Of a stretch of DNA of 64,000 bases, positions 49,404-58,981 are shown piece by piece. Source of the DNA: a bacterium (GTDB taxonomy: Bacteria; Hinthialibacterota; Hinthialibacteria; Hinthialibacterales; Hinthialibacteraceae); assembly GCA_963662285.2 (NCBI GenBank), contig CAXXMV010000006.1:1504001-1568000 (forward strand), in the 5' to 3' direction. A program made the translations under genes and the position numbers. Below the pieces are notes generated by a model. That model searched no databases. It was given only the letters and a program-made list of their open reading frames with translations, and was not told the DNA's origin. Position 1 is the stretch's first letter. Each line of letters starts with the position of its first letter.

Positions 49404-50258
49404 ATGAGCGGTAAAACTGAATCATCCAATATGATTGAGCATGTTGATGTCTCTCCCGGAGAAGACGTAATAATAGAGCTGCGTGACCTGGTAATGTCGT
49501 TTGGACCGAGAACCGTATTAAATTCTCTTTCATTCACTATTCCACGTGGCAAGACGACGGTTATTATCGGCGGAAGCGGCTGCGGCAAATCGACCTTATT
49601 GAAATTGATGGTAGGCTTTTTAAAGCCGGATTCAGGTGAAATCCTGTATGATGGGCAAAATATTGCGCCCATGAATGAAGATGAACTTGATCCGGTTCGT
49701 AAGCGATTCGGCATTCTGTTTCAGAACGGCGCCCTGTTTAATTCCATGACGGTAGGTGAGAATGTTTCTTTGCCGATGGTCGAACATACTTCTCTGGATG
49801 AGAAGATTATCCGTATGATTGTCAAGATGAAATTGGAGATGGTTGGTTTAAGAGGATTTGAAGACTTGAAGCCATCCCAGATTTCCGGTGGAATGAAGAA
49901 GCGGGTCGGCTTGGCGCGGGCTATTGCTCTTGATCCTGAAATTGTATATTACGATGAACCGTCAGCGGGTTTGGATCCGATAACCGCTGCGGTGATTGAC
50001 GATCTGATGAATGATCTGTCGCACAAACTTGATATAACATCCGTGGTTGTAACCCATCATATGAGCAGCGCATTCAAAATTGCGGATAAAATTATTATGC
50101 TGCACAAGGGCAAAATAATCGCTCAGGGATCGGCCGATTATTTTAAGCAGTCAGAGCATCCATTGATTAAGCAGTTTGTAGAGGGATTGGCTGATGGACC
50201 TGTTCCATTCAGCATGTCCGCTGACGATTATATAGAAGATCTATTACATGTAACGTAG
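49404..50258 (+). CDS. mlaF: MlaF/Mkl-type ABC ATPase
   Basis: GGSGCGKS, FQNGALF, ISGGMKKRVGLARA, YDEPSAGLDP. Confidence 0.9.
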   Translation: MSGKTESSNMIEHVDVSPGEDVIIELRDLVMSFGPRTVLNSLSFTIPRGKTTVIIGGSGCGKSTLLKLMVGFLKPDSGEILYDGQNIAPMNEDELDPVRKRFGILFQNGALFNSMTVGENVSLPMVEHTSLDEKIIRMIVKMKLEMVGLRGFEDLKPSQISGGMKKRVGLARAIALDPEIVYYDEPSAGLDPITAAVIDDLMNDLSHKLDITSVVVTHHMSSAFKIADKIIMLHKGKIIAQGSADYFKQSEHPLIKQFVEGLADGPVPFSMSADDYIEDLLHVT

Positions 50259-50267
50259 CGTAAAGGA

Positions 50268-51374
50268 ATGATTTTAATGGCTTTAGTCTCGTTGTCAGAA
50301 ATGAAAGTGGGTGTTTTTGTTGTATTGGCTTTGGTTTTATTCCTGGTCGCGATATTGTCGGTGGGGAACTTCCAGGAATATTTCAGTCGAACAGTAACCA
50401 TTCATATCACCATCCCTTCAATTGATGGACTGGAAAAATACTCGCCTGTTACCTATTCCGGAGTACGCATCGGCACGGTTAAGGATTATCAATGGGATGA
50501 GGAGAGGCAAACAGTTGTTATTGACGCCCAGGTGGACATTGATTCTTCCGTCTCATTGGATTCAAAAGTGAATTTTACGTCGGCCAGTCTTTTATCGCCG
50601 TTATTCATCAGTATATCAGGCGGCAGCAAGACCAAGCGCATCCGTGATTTAATTAAAAATGGCGCAATAGATACTAAGGATATATATCTGGAAGCAGAAC
50701 CATATCTCTCGATAGGAGCAATCTTCGCTTTGGCGGGAGACGTGAAAAACGTTCTGCAAAAAGTTGAAGGCGTATTGGGTGAGATAGATAAACCGCTAAT
50801 GGCGATATCAGATTTCATTGATGATGCAAGTAAGAACGTCAATATTATCATGCATGACGTTGATGGAATGATATCAGACGGTCATCCACGTATAAACCAG
50901 CTGTTGGATAATTCCAATAATATGATTACCAGCGCTTCAGGAGAAATAATCCCGACGTTGCAAGATATCCGAAAAGGCGCCAAAGGAGTCGCGCCTTTAG
51001 TATCCAATACGCAAAAACAATTGCATGACGTCTTGAATAAAACCAGCGGCCTGATCGAATCCATAAGCCCCGAACTGGATGAACTTTCAGACGAAGCAAT
51101 TGTACTGATCAAGAGTATCAATAAACGCATTGAAACCATTCAATCTTCTATTGTGCGATTAACTAACGACGTCGATTCCGTGGTGGTCAATAACCGCGAG
51201 GATATTGATCGCATCGTCGCCCATTTGGAAACTACAGCAGCCAATCTCAATGAAATAAGTACGGAACTTTCAAAAAATCCCTGGCGTATGATATGGAAAA
51301 CCGAGGAGAAAATGGCGCCTCCCCGCGTTTCTCCTAAATGGAATCCCATTATGGATGCTCAAGGCGCTAATTAG
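50268..51374 (+). CDS. mlaD: MCE/MlaD-family protein with long helical tail
   Basis: E.KVGVFV TM, GL...SPV.YSGVRIG.V MCE motif, C-terminal NPW. Confidence 0.85.
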   Translation: MILMALVSLSEMKVGVFVVLALVLFLVAILSVGNFQEYFSRTVTIHITIPSIDGLEKYSPVTYSGVRIGTVKDYQWDEERQTVVIDAQVDIDSSVSLDSKVNFTSASLLSPLFISISGGSKTKRIRDLIKNGAIDTKDIYLEAEPYLSIGAIFALAGDVKNVLQKVEGVLGEIDKPLMAISDFIDDASKNVNIIMHDVDGMISDGHPRINQLLDNSNNMITSASGEIIPTLQDIRKGAKGVAPLVSNTQKQLHDVLNKTSGLIESISPELDELSDEAIVLIKSINKRIETIQSSIVRLTNDVDSVVVNNREDIDRIVAHLETTAANLNEISTELSKNPWRMIWKTEEKMAPPRVSPKWNPIMDAQGAN

Positions 51375-51381
51375 GATAGAA

Positions 51382-51600
51382 TTCTCCCCCCAAGCCTGGG
51401 GGGAGTTAGAGGGGGGTTGGGCTTCGATGAATCAACCCCTTCTAACCTCCCCCAGGCTTAGGATAATCCTTAGAATTTTCGAAGGATTTTGCAACTGTAG
51501 GGGCGTCTTTTATGGGCGCCCGATTAGCCCGTCAGTCCGGGAATTGGAAAAACCAAATAGGATTCATAATCGGGTAACCACAAGGGTTACCCCTACAGTT
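51382..51600. repeat. Family C REP pair (51382-51460) and inverted GTAG REP pair (51497-51521, 51572-51596)
   Basis: The C pair is nearly identical to 36660-36748; AACTGTAGGGG...CCCCTACAGTT inverted ends. Confidence 0.8.
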
Positions 51601-51641
51601 ATTTGATAATCGTTACCAATTAATATTAATAAGGTGAAACT

Positions 51642-52775
51642 ATGCGTATTGTGATTGCTCCAAACGCATTTAAGGAATGTATGTCAGCGCCGGGTGTTGC
51701 GGAAGCCATTGCCCAAGGCGTTAAATGCGCTTGTCCGGAAGCGGATATAATCAAGGTTCCACTGGCGGATGGGGGAGATGGTACAGCCGAAGCGCTAGTC
51801 GCCGCGCGTAGCGGGCGTATGGTTAAGATGACCGCCAATGATCCTTTGATGAGACCTGTAGAGGTTAAGTATGGTCTGTTCGATAATGACAAGGCGGCTG
51901 TTATCGAGATGGCCATAGCATCCGGACTTTGGCGATTGAGTGATGATGAAAAGAATCCTCTGAAGACTACTACCTATGGAACCGGCGAGATGATCCTTGA
52001 TGCGTTGGAGCGCGGCGTGCGAACTATAGTAGTTGGCATTGGCGGAAGCGCTACAACCGATGCCGGTATCGGCATGGCTCAAGTTTTGGGTTATAAGTTC
52101 TTGGATGCGGATGGCGATGAATTGACGCCCACTGGTGAAATGATGAACGCCGTGGCGCATATCGATGCGTCGAAGGCTCATCCAGCGATAAGCGAAACGA
52201 CATTCCTGGTGGCGTCAGATGTCACTAATCCCTTGCTGGGTCCTGATGGCGCCGCGCCGGTTTATGGTCCACAAAAGGGCGCCACTCCTGATATGGTTGA
52301 AACCTTAGAACAAGGCTTGTCTAATATAGCAAAACGCTGGGATGAAGATATGGACGTAAGTATTGGTGACATGCCCGGCGGCGGAGCGGCGGGAGGCCTG
52401 GGCGCTGGAATGGCGGCGTTCTGCGGGGCGGAAATACGATCCGGCTTTGATCTGATCGCGGATTATGCCAAACTGGATGAGGCCCTGGACGGCGCGTCTC
52501 TGGTTATCACCGGGGAAGGGAAGATTGACGCTTCCACTCAATTTGGTAAGGTTCCCGCTGGCGTAGTAAAACGCGCTAAAATGAAGGGCGTTCCTGTGAT
52601 AGGATTGGCTGGATCTGTATCGAGCAGCAGCGTCTCTTTAGAGTCGCAAGGTATGCTGGCTGTTTTTTCGATAGTACCAGGACCGATTGATTTAGAGGAA
52701 GCCATGAATAGAGCGGAAGAGTTTTTGCAGCAAACCACAAAACAAGTGATAAATATTTGGCGGTATAAAGCATGA
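51642..52775 (+). CDS. glxK: Glycerate kinase (GlxK/GarK family)
   Basis: IAPNAFKE, PLADGGDGT, GIGGSATTDAG, DVTNPL.G, PQKGA, GAAGG, ITGEG.ID. Confidence 0.93.
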   Translation: MRIVIAPNAFKECMSAPGVAEAIAQGVKCACPEADIIKVPLADGGDGTAEALVAARSGRMVKMTANDPLMRPVEVKYGLFDNDKAAVIEMAIASGLWRLSDDEKNPLKTTTYGTGEMILDALERGVRTIVVGIGGSATTDAGIGMAQVLGYKFLDADGDELTPTGEMMNAVAHIDASKAHPAISETTFLVASDVTNPLLGPDGAAPVYGPQKGATPDMVETLEQGLSNIAKRWDEDMDVSIGDMPGGGAAGGLGAGMAAFCGAEIRSGFDLIADYAKLDEALDGASLVITGEGKIDASTQFGKVPAGVVKRAKMKGVPVIGLAGSVSSSSVSLESQGMLAVFSIVPGPIDLEEAMNRAEEFLQQTTKQVINIWRYKA

Positions 52776-54181
52776 ACATATTAATAATGGGCGCCGGTGA
52801 GGTTGGTAAAGGTCTTTCTAAGCGCCTTTCCAGTGAAGGGCATCAGGTCAAGGTTATAGATATTGATCCTTCTGTTCTTGAAGATCTGGAAACGCATGTT
52901 GACGTAATGGGTATGGAGGGTAACGGAGCCTGCGCCTCATTGCAGCTTGATGCAGGCGTTAAGGAGATGGATCTTTTTATCGGGGTCAGCGATAACGATG
53001 AGCGTAATATGATCGCCTGCTCCATCGCCAAGCAGTTTGGCGTCAAGACGACTATTGCCCGGGTGCGCAGTGATGAGTACATTTTTCCTGATCGCTCCTA
53101 TTACGCCACATCAATGGGGATTGATCTTATCATCAATCCCGATGAAGTAGCATCGGTTGAATTATTCGATCTTTTAGAGAATCCAGCGGCGGTATCTGTA
53201 GCGGATTTTGCCAGTGGGCGCTTGAAACTGGTTGGCATCATAGTAAAAAAAGAATCCATTGTATGTTCGAGAACTCTAAGCGATTGGCCGGAACTTGGGC
53301 TAGACAAATCAATGCTGGCTGCTGCGGTGGTGCGTGATGGCGAGGCATTCATTCCCCGTGGTGATACATGTCTTCTGGTTGGTGACAGAGTATTTGTGAT
53401 AGCCGCTCCATCAGCGCTGGATAGCGTGAATAAAATCGGCGATATCCAGAATAGGGAATTGAAAAAAGTAGTACTGGTTGGCGCCAGCCGCGTATCGTTT
53501 TTTCTTGCGGAAAGGTTGGAAAAAGCCGGTACGAGAATCCTCATCATCGATAAGGATGAAAAACGCTGCCGGTGGTTCGCTGAAGAACTGGAATCGGCCA
53601 CCATCCTGTTTGGCGATGGCCGGGACATCTCGATTCTAAAAGAAGCGGGCGTGGACGACGCCGATGGCTTCATTTCTGCATCTCAGGATGATGAAACTAA
53701 TATCCTGTCAGCTCTGCTGGCCAAAGAACAAGGCGCCAAGCGCGTTATTACCCTGATGCGCAAGCCGCAATACATCCCCTTGATGGAGCATATCAAACCT
53801 ATCGATGTAGCCATCAATCCTCGCCTGGTGACTATCAACGCGATTATGAGATATGTGCGCCAGGGGCGTATTATTACTATGGCCTCGCTAGCCGCAGAAC
53901 AGGCTGAAGCTATTGAATACGAGATTTCAGCTGAATCCCCATTGATCGGCAGGCCTCTAAAAGAAGGCTTTCTCCCCAGAGAAGTGCTGCTGGGAGCTAT
54001 CGTGCGGGATGATGAAATAATTATTCCACGCGGTGATGATACTCTGCAGCCGCAGGATCATATCGTGGTAATTGCCCTAAAAAAATCTATATCAGATATT
54101 GATAATCTTTTATCAGAAAATGGCCCTGCTACCCGTTGGCAGAAGTTGTTTCAGTCAATTTCCAAGACTGTTTCTCCCTAG
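52772..54181 (+). CDS. trkA: Trk potassium transport regulatory subunit
   Basis: Two TrkA_N/TrkA_C (RCK) repeats; GAGEVG, DE.N, IPRG. Confidence 0.93.
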   Translation: MNILIMGAGEVGKGLSKRLSSEGHQVKVIDIDPSVLEDLETHVDVMGMEGNGACASLQLDAGVKEMDLFIGVSDNDERNMIACSIAKQFGVKTTIARVRSDEYIFPDRSYYATSMGIDLIINPDEVASVELFDLLENPAAVSVADFASGRLKLVGIIVKKESIVCSRTLSDWPELGLDKSMLAAAVVRDGEAFIPRGDTCLLVGDRVFVIAAPSALDSVNKIGDIQNRELKKVVLVGASRVSFFLAERLEKAGTRILIIDKDEKRCRWFAEELESATILFGDGRDISILKEAGVDDADGFISASQDDETNILSALLAKEQGAKRVITLMRKPQYIPLMEHIKPIDVAINPRLVTINAIMRYVRQGRIITMASLAAEQAEAIEYEISAESPLIGRPLKEGFLPREVLLGAIVRDDEIIIPRGDDTLQPQDHIVVIALKKSISDIDNLLSENGPATRWQKLFQSISKTVSP

Positions 54182-54257
54182 ATATTTTAATTCTCCATAT
54201 GGTATGTTATTATCCAATATGTTGAATATGAAATCTTCATAGTTGAGATAATGCAAA

Positions 54258-54845
54258 ATGTCCAATTCCGTAGTGGTTGATGAATCTGTAAAAGTATTAA
54301 ATGCAGATGTAGATGAAAGTCCTAAGAGAAATCCCAAAGTCTTATTTTTACTGGCTGCATTCGCTCTTTTCTTTCATGGTTTTATTTTCAGCATCGCATT
54401 GATTGCGTCGGTTATTCATCCAGGAGAAGATTTGGTTGATCGTTATTTTTTAGCGATAAATATTCTATTTTATCCTACTATTTTACCTATGGGCGTTTAT
54501 GCTCCATTAGCGGTATGCTCCGGTCATGGCATCTTGAACAGAAAAAAATGGGGATTATTCTTGTATGCCTTTATTCATGCAATGAATATCGCCGCTATTA
54601 TGACTTTGATATTAAAATATCCCGCTTATATTACAGTAACTAAAAAAATCTATTTACCTATGACGGGATGTTATGGATTTTTGCTGATTTCTATTCTTAT
54701 CTTTTGGTATCTAGGTTCAAAAATTGTACGAGATTATTTTGGCTTGCAACGCACATACGTCTTAAAGCGGTATGCGATATATCTGGTTGTTGCTTTTATG
54801 ATAACATTCACAATCGCGTTTTTTGCCGATAGCGTTTTTGGCTAG
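54258..54845 (+). CDS. Hypothetical membrane protein (about 5 TM), AT-rich
   Basis: Hydrophobic segments; no motif recognised. Confidence 0.7.
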   Translation: MSNSVVVDESVKVLNADVDESPKRNPKVLFLLAAFALFFHGFIFSIALIASVIHPGEDLVDRYFLAINILFYPTILPMGVYAPLAVCSGHGILNRKKWGLFLYAFIHAMNIAAIMTLILKYPAYITVTKKIYLPMTGCYGFLLISILIFWYLGSKIVRDYFGLQRTYVLKRYAIYLVVAFMITFTIAFFADSVFG

Positions 54846-54908
54846 AACTCAAGTGCATAAAGTTACGTTCTTCCCGGTTGGTTGAAATGAACATTGGAGA
54901 GACGAAAA

Positions 54909-55751
54909 ATGAGTAAGCATGATTATTCTGTTCGACTTATGGATCGCAAAGATGTCGATACCGCCGTATCGTGGGCGGCGGCTGAGGGATGGAATCCGGG
55001 CTTGTATGATGCGGATTGCTTTTTTAGCGCAGATAACTATGGCTATCTTATTGGAGAATTAAACGGCGAACCGGTTGGCTGCATATCATGCGTCGCTTAT
55101 GGCGACAGGTTCGGCTTCATCGGTTTATATATAGTTAAACCTGAATATCGTGGTCAGGGCTATGGCATTAAGTTGTGGAATGACGCTATCTCCTATCTAA
55201 AAGACCGTAATATAGGTTTGGATGGAGTTATCGAGCAGCAGGAGAATTACAAAAAATCCGGCTTCAAACTGGCCTATAGAAATATCCGCTTTGAAGCAAC
55301 CGGAAATGGAAAACTGGCGCCATCCATTGTTCCCGTTTCAGATATTCCGCTGGCGCAAATCCTGGAGTACGACCGGAAATGCTTTCCGGCTGATCGCGAA
55401 ATATTCATGCAGAATTGGTTAAATATGCCCAATGCGGTATCAATGGGCAAAGTTGAAAACGGCGTATTGCAGGGATTCGGCGTTATCCGGGAATGCGGCA
55501 AGGGTTACAAAATCGGCCCGCTATTCGCGGATGACGAACGCATCGCCGAAGACCTCTACCAATCGTTGACCTCACAAGCCATTGGCGCCCAGGTTTATTT
55601 TGACGTCCCGGAAATCAATCTGCCAGCGGTCGCCATAGCCCAACGGCATAACATGAAAATGGTCTTCGAGACAGCGCGTATGTACACCAAAGAAGAACCC
55701 GATGTTGATCTGAATCGCGTTTTTGGTGTTACAACATTCGAACTGGGATAA
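54909..55751 (+). CDS. GNAT acetyltransferase (tandem domain, YitH-like)
   Basis: WAAAEGWNPG, YRGQGYG, YKIGPLFAD, FETARMY. Confidence 0.9.
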   Translation: MSKHDYSVRLMDRKDVDTAVSWAAAEGWNPGLYDADCFFSADNYGYLIGELNGEPVGCISCVAYGDRFGFIGLYIVKPEYRGQGYGIKLWNDAISYLKDRNIGLDGVIEQQENYKKSGFKLAYRNIRFEATGNGKLAPSIVPVSDIPLAQILEYDRKCFPADREIFMQNWLNMPNAVSMGKVENGVLQGFGVIRECGKGYKIGPLFADDERIAEDLYQSLTSQAIGAQVYFDVPEINLPAVAIAQRHNMKMVFETARMYTKEEPDVDLNRVFGVTTFELG

Positions 55752-55770
55752 AAAAATGGGTAATCAGGGC

Positions 55771-55803
55771 GGGTGGCAAGGACAGTGTATTTTCTGTCCT
55801 TGA
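55771..55803 (+). repeat. REP family A
   Basis: GGGTGGCAAGGACAG-loop-CTGTCCTTGA (compensatory stem change). Confidence 0.85.
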
Positions 55804-55843
55804 CTAGACCTTGGTAAAATTAATATCTTCAAATCTGTAATAA

Positions 55844-55924
55844 TTCAACGATATATATTCTAAAAATGATCTATTATTAGCAATATATATGAGCGTAGCG
55901 CTGCACGATTACCGGAGACAGTAA
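55844..55924 (+). pseudogene. Possible C-terminal remnant of a RelE-type toxin
   Basis: Frame reads ...KNDLLLAIYMSVALHDYRRQ* and ends 1 nt before the antitoxin ATG; no intact start. Confidence 0.4.
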
Positions 55925-55925
55925 A

Positions 55926-56186
55926 ATGAAAGATTTTACCAAAGCCAAAAAAAGAATAGATGTTTCCGTCGGCGAGTCGGTTAAGATTATGCGTGAATTA
56001 CAGGAATTAAGCCAAAATCAGTTATCGGAATTAACAGGCATTCCTCAATCAACTATTTCCGCCATTGAACATAACCGGACCAAGTTAGGCGTTGAAAGAG
56101 CCAAGGTTCTGGCGCGCGCCCTTAATTGTCACCCGTCTGTCCTGGTATTCCCCGGTTGGGACGTAAAGCAAGAATCAGCGGCATAA
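55926..56186 (+). CDS. XRE-family HTH protein (HigA-like antitoxin)
   Basis: LSQNQLSELTGIPQSTISAIE HTH, LARAL..HP. Confidence 0.88.
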   Translation: MKDFTKAKKRIDVSVGESVKIMRELQELSQNQLSELTGIPQSTISAIEHNRTKLGVERAKVLARALNCHPSVLVFPGWDVKQESAA

Positions 56187-56201
56187 CAATCCGTAGGGGC
56201 T

Positions 56202-56240
56202 GGGTGCCAAGGGCAAGACCGCATTGCGGTCAGCCCTTGA
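56202..56240 (+). repeat. REP family A
   Basis: One mismatch to 7716-7754. Confidence 0.88.
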
Positions 56241-56256
56241 TGAGACCTTCGTAAAA

Positions 56257-56400
56257 TCAAAAACTTCCAATCTGTATCTTGCCCATCTCTCGTTTAAGGA
56301 ACTCGTAGTCGGCTTTGGGATCAAGCAGAATTTCCTTAATAACGTTGTTGGAAAATGCTTCCTTAAAATTGAATTCAAGTTGCAAAGAGGGTGTAAACTT
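56257..56400 (-). pseudogene. 3' fragment of the IS-interrupted DUF2971-like gene
   Basis: KFTPSLQLEFNF...GSF* continues in frame from ...DRTMI once the IS and one TATCATA copy are removed. Confidence 0.8.
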
Positions 56401-56407
56401 TATCATA

Positions 56408-58167
56408 GGGCTTGCTGTTTTAGATGGAAGTCTTGACAAATGAATAGTTTATGCTACACTCATTCTATGAATCCTGCAAGGGGAATTACATAAAACCCTT
56501 AAAACCTTTGCACTTGAGAGTGGATAAAGATGTATAAAAACGACTCTTTTACTCCGATGTTTCCCGAATTTGGTTTGCCCTTTGGCGGTTATCTTGATCC
56601 CGATAATCGCTGGGTGAAAAAAGCGGCCATGATTCCCTGGGAGGTGGTTGAGCGTGAATACAAAAATAAGTTAAGCGGCTCGACGACTGGTTGTCCGGCT
56701 CTGACCGCCCGAATGGCATTTGGCTCTTTGGTTATCAAAGAAGAACTCAAAGCATCAGATCGTGAAACTGTCGAACAGATCCGTGAAAATCCTTATCTCC
56801 AGTTTTTTATCGGATTGGACGGTTTTCAAACCGGAGAACCTTTTGATGCTTCCATGATGGTTCATTTCCGCAAACGTTTTCCCGTCGAATCGATGAATAA
56901 AATTAACGAAGCGATGACCTTGGCGGCGGCGAAACCCAAAGATGATAAATCATCAGATGAAGATGATGACGTTCCAAAAGATTCCATGAAGTTATCAGAT
57001 GAATCGACGTCCAATAAGGATGGCAATGAAACTTTCGAGGTTGAGAACCGGGGCAAGTTATTGATCGATGCGACTTGCACTCCAGCCGATATTCGTTACC
57101 CCACCGATTTGAATTTACTCAACGAAGCGCGTGAAAAAACGGAAGCGATAATTGATCGGCTCCATCAGGAACGCCCGGACGGCAGCAAGAAACCACGTAC
57201 CTATCGTGAAAATGCACGTAAAGAATATCTTGCTATCTCCAAGAAAAAAAGAAATCCATACAAAGTAATTCGTCGAGCCATTCGTAAACAATTGGGTTAT
57301 GTGAATAGAAATCTGGCGCATATAAAAACTCTCTCGCAGACTGTTTCCCTAGGTGTTTTGAAACGGAACCTCTATCGGGCGCTGTTGGTGATCAGCGAAT
57401 TATATCGACAACAAAAAATCATGTATGACTCGAAACAAAAGCGTATTGCTGACAGGATTGTCAGTATTTGGTTTCCGTATGTGCGTCCCATTAAACGCGG
57501 CAAAGCCAATGCCGAGACGGAGTTTGGCGCAAAACTAAATCTCAGTCTGGTCAATGGATTCGCGTTTATGGAAAGAATTGATTGGAACAATTTCAACGAG
57601 TCAACAGATTTGATTCAAACGATAAAAAACTTTCGCCACCATTTTGGTTTCTTTCCTGAATCGGTTCATGTAGATCAAATTTACCGGAACAAAAGTAATA
57701 GGGATTATTGCAAAAAATATGGTATTAGAATATCCGGCCCAGCGATGGGACGTCCCGTCAAAGATAAAATCATTCGCCGGGAACAAAAGCAACTCGCCCG
57801 GCAAGATGAAATAGATCGTGTTGCCATTGAAGGAAAATTTGGAGAGGGAAAACGTCGCTTCGGCTTGGCGAGAATCATGGCTAAACTGGCAGAAACCTCA
57901 CTGACGGTTATCGGATTGAACCTGTTCGTAATGAATCTGCATAAGATTTCACGACTGGGTAATTTAAATCGGTTCTTTTTGTTTATCGATTTGTGGATTG
58001 AGGTAATACAAGAGGCGCTTCAAACGCTTATCAAATCAAAATGGAGACGCTGGATCAATTTTTTCAGCAATCAAAGTTCATTCGGCAGTGATCCCGTTCG
58101 TACATCGCCCTGAGTCACTACCGAAGATTATAATCTTCGGTAGTTGAAAACGTTTTTCAGCAAGCCC
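56408..58167 (+). mobile_element. IS5-family insertion sequence, intact
   Basis: TIRs GGGCTTGCTG / CAGCAAGCCC; direct repeat TATCATA at 56401-56407 and 58168-58174; promoter TTGACA-16-TACACT at 56433-56460. Confidence 0.93.
56530..58113 (+). CDS. IS5-family DDE transposase
   Basis: NRW, ENPYLQFFIG, LIDAT, EFGAK, VDQIYR, R.AIEGKFGEGKR. Confidence 0.95.
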   Translation: MYKNDSFTPMFPEFGLPFGGYLDPDNRWVKKAAMIPWEVVEREYKNKLSGSTTGCPALTARMAFGSLVIKEELKASDRETVEQIRENPYLQFFIGLDGFQTGEPFDASMMVHFRKRFPVESMNKINEAMTLAAAKPKDDKSSDEDDDVPKDSMKLSDESTSNKDGNETFEVENRGKLLIDATCTPADIRYPTDLNLLNEAREKTEAIIDRLHQERPDGSKKPRTYRENARKEYLAISKKKRNPYKVIRRAIRKQLGYVNRNLAHIKTLSQTVSLGVLKRNLYRALLVISELYRQQKIMYDSKQKRIADRIVSIWFPYVRPIKRGKANAETEFGAKLNLSLVNGFAFMERIDWNNFNESTDLIQTIKNFRHHFGFFPESVHVDQIYRNKSNRDYCKKYGIRISGPAMGRPVKDKIIRREQKQLARQDEIDRVAIEGKFGEGKRRFGLARIMAKLAETSLTVIGLNLFVMNLHKISRLGNLNRFFLFIDLWIEVIQEALQTLIKSKWRRWINFFSNQSSFGSDPVRTSP

Positions 58168-58851
58168 TATCATAGTTCGATCCTTTAGAGTAAATCGACC
58201 TATTCCGAAGGTTGATAGAGAAATGCGTAACTCCTTTTCCTCAGAGAACTTAGCAGCGTCTTTCATGTAGGTATAAATAATTGGATTGGGCAATTTGTGG
58301 TCGTTTGTTTGATGGGTATACCAATCGACATATTTAATCATACCGTAATTCAGTGAAAATATCTGGTGGCAGAGATTGCCCTTGTATTTAAGTGCGGCGC
58401 TTTCTGAGTTCAAGGTATGATTGAGCATAGTACGAAGTTTACCAAATTCGAAAACGACACAGACTTTGCCCTTCTCGCTTCCATTGGCGTATTTATTCCA
58501 TATGTAATCAGAGTTCTCCATTGAGAAGCAGCAGGCATAGGTTCTCTCTCGTGATTTGTCATAATAATGTGCAGGAGAAAAGTCAGGAGCCTTCTGGAAT
58601 CGTATCGCAGAATTGGTAGGTTGATCCTTTGGTAACTGTTTGCCATCGTTCTGATCCGCTTCTGGAAAATCTGAATAACTATCAACACGATTGAAATAGA
58701 GATAATTATTAGTAACCGAACTCAATAAGTTCTCTATAGTCATGACCTTATACAGCAATTGTCCGTCTTGTGGAATGCATAATAGTGGTGCATGGGGTTC
58801 GATGCTCCCCACTGGTGCAGGAAGATGTTTAGAATGTTCTGATCTATTCAT
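58168..58851 (-). pseudogene. 5' fragment of a DUF2971-like gene interrupted by IS5
   Basis: LYK, YACCFS, W.KYA, VC..F, K...F..E.ELR pattern. The C-terminus in the ORF track (GLAEKRF...) is IS-derived. Confidence 0.75.
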
Positions 58852-58923
58852 ATCTGAAAACAAAAATGATGCATTTTCATTGATCTTACTCCAAACATTT
58901 TATTCGATTTTTCCTTGATAATC

Positions 58924-58954
58924 AAAAAAAACGGCCAGCAAATTCAGCTGGCCG
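58924..58954 (-). terminator. Intrinsic terminator of the coiled-coil gene
   Basis: Minus strand ACGGCCAGC-loop-GCTGGCCGT followed by a T-run. Confidence 0.8.
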
Positions 58955-58981
58955 TAAGTTTGTCATCTATTCAGTTAATAT

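Noticed and set aside
51355-51606. 83-aa ORF
   Set aside because: Translation of REP palindromes, not a credible gene.
49404-54181. mlaF-mlaD without mlaE, and trkA without trkH, as novel systems
   Set aside because: Partners are commonly encoded elsewhere; absence cannot be judged from one window.
58078-58167. C-terminus of the 261-aa ORF in the track
   Set aside because: Read-through into the IS right end; the true C-terminus lies at 56400-56257.
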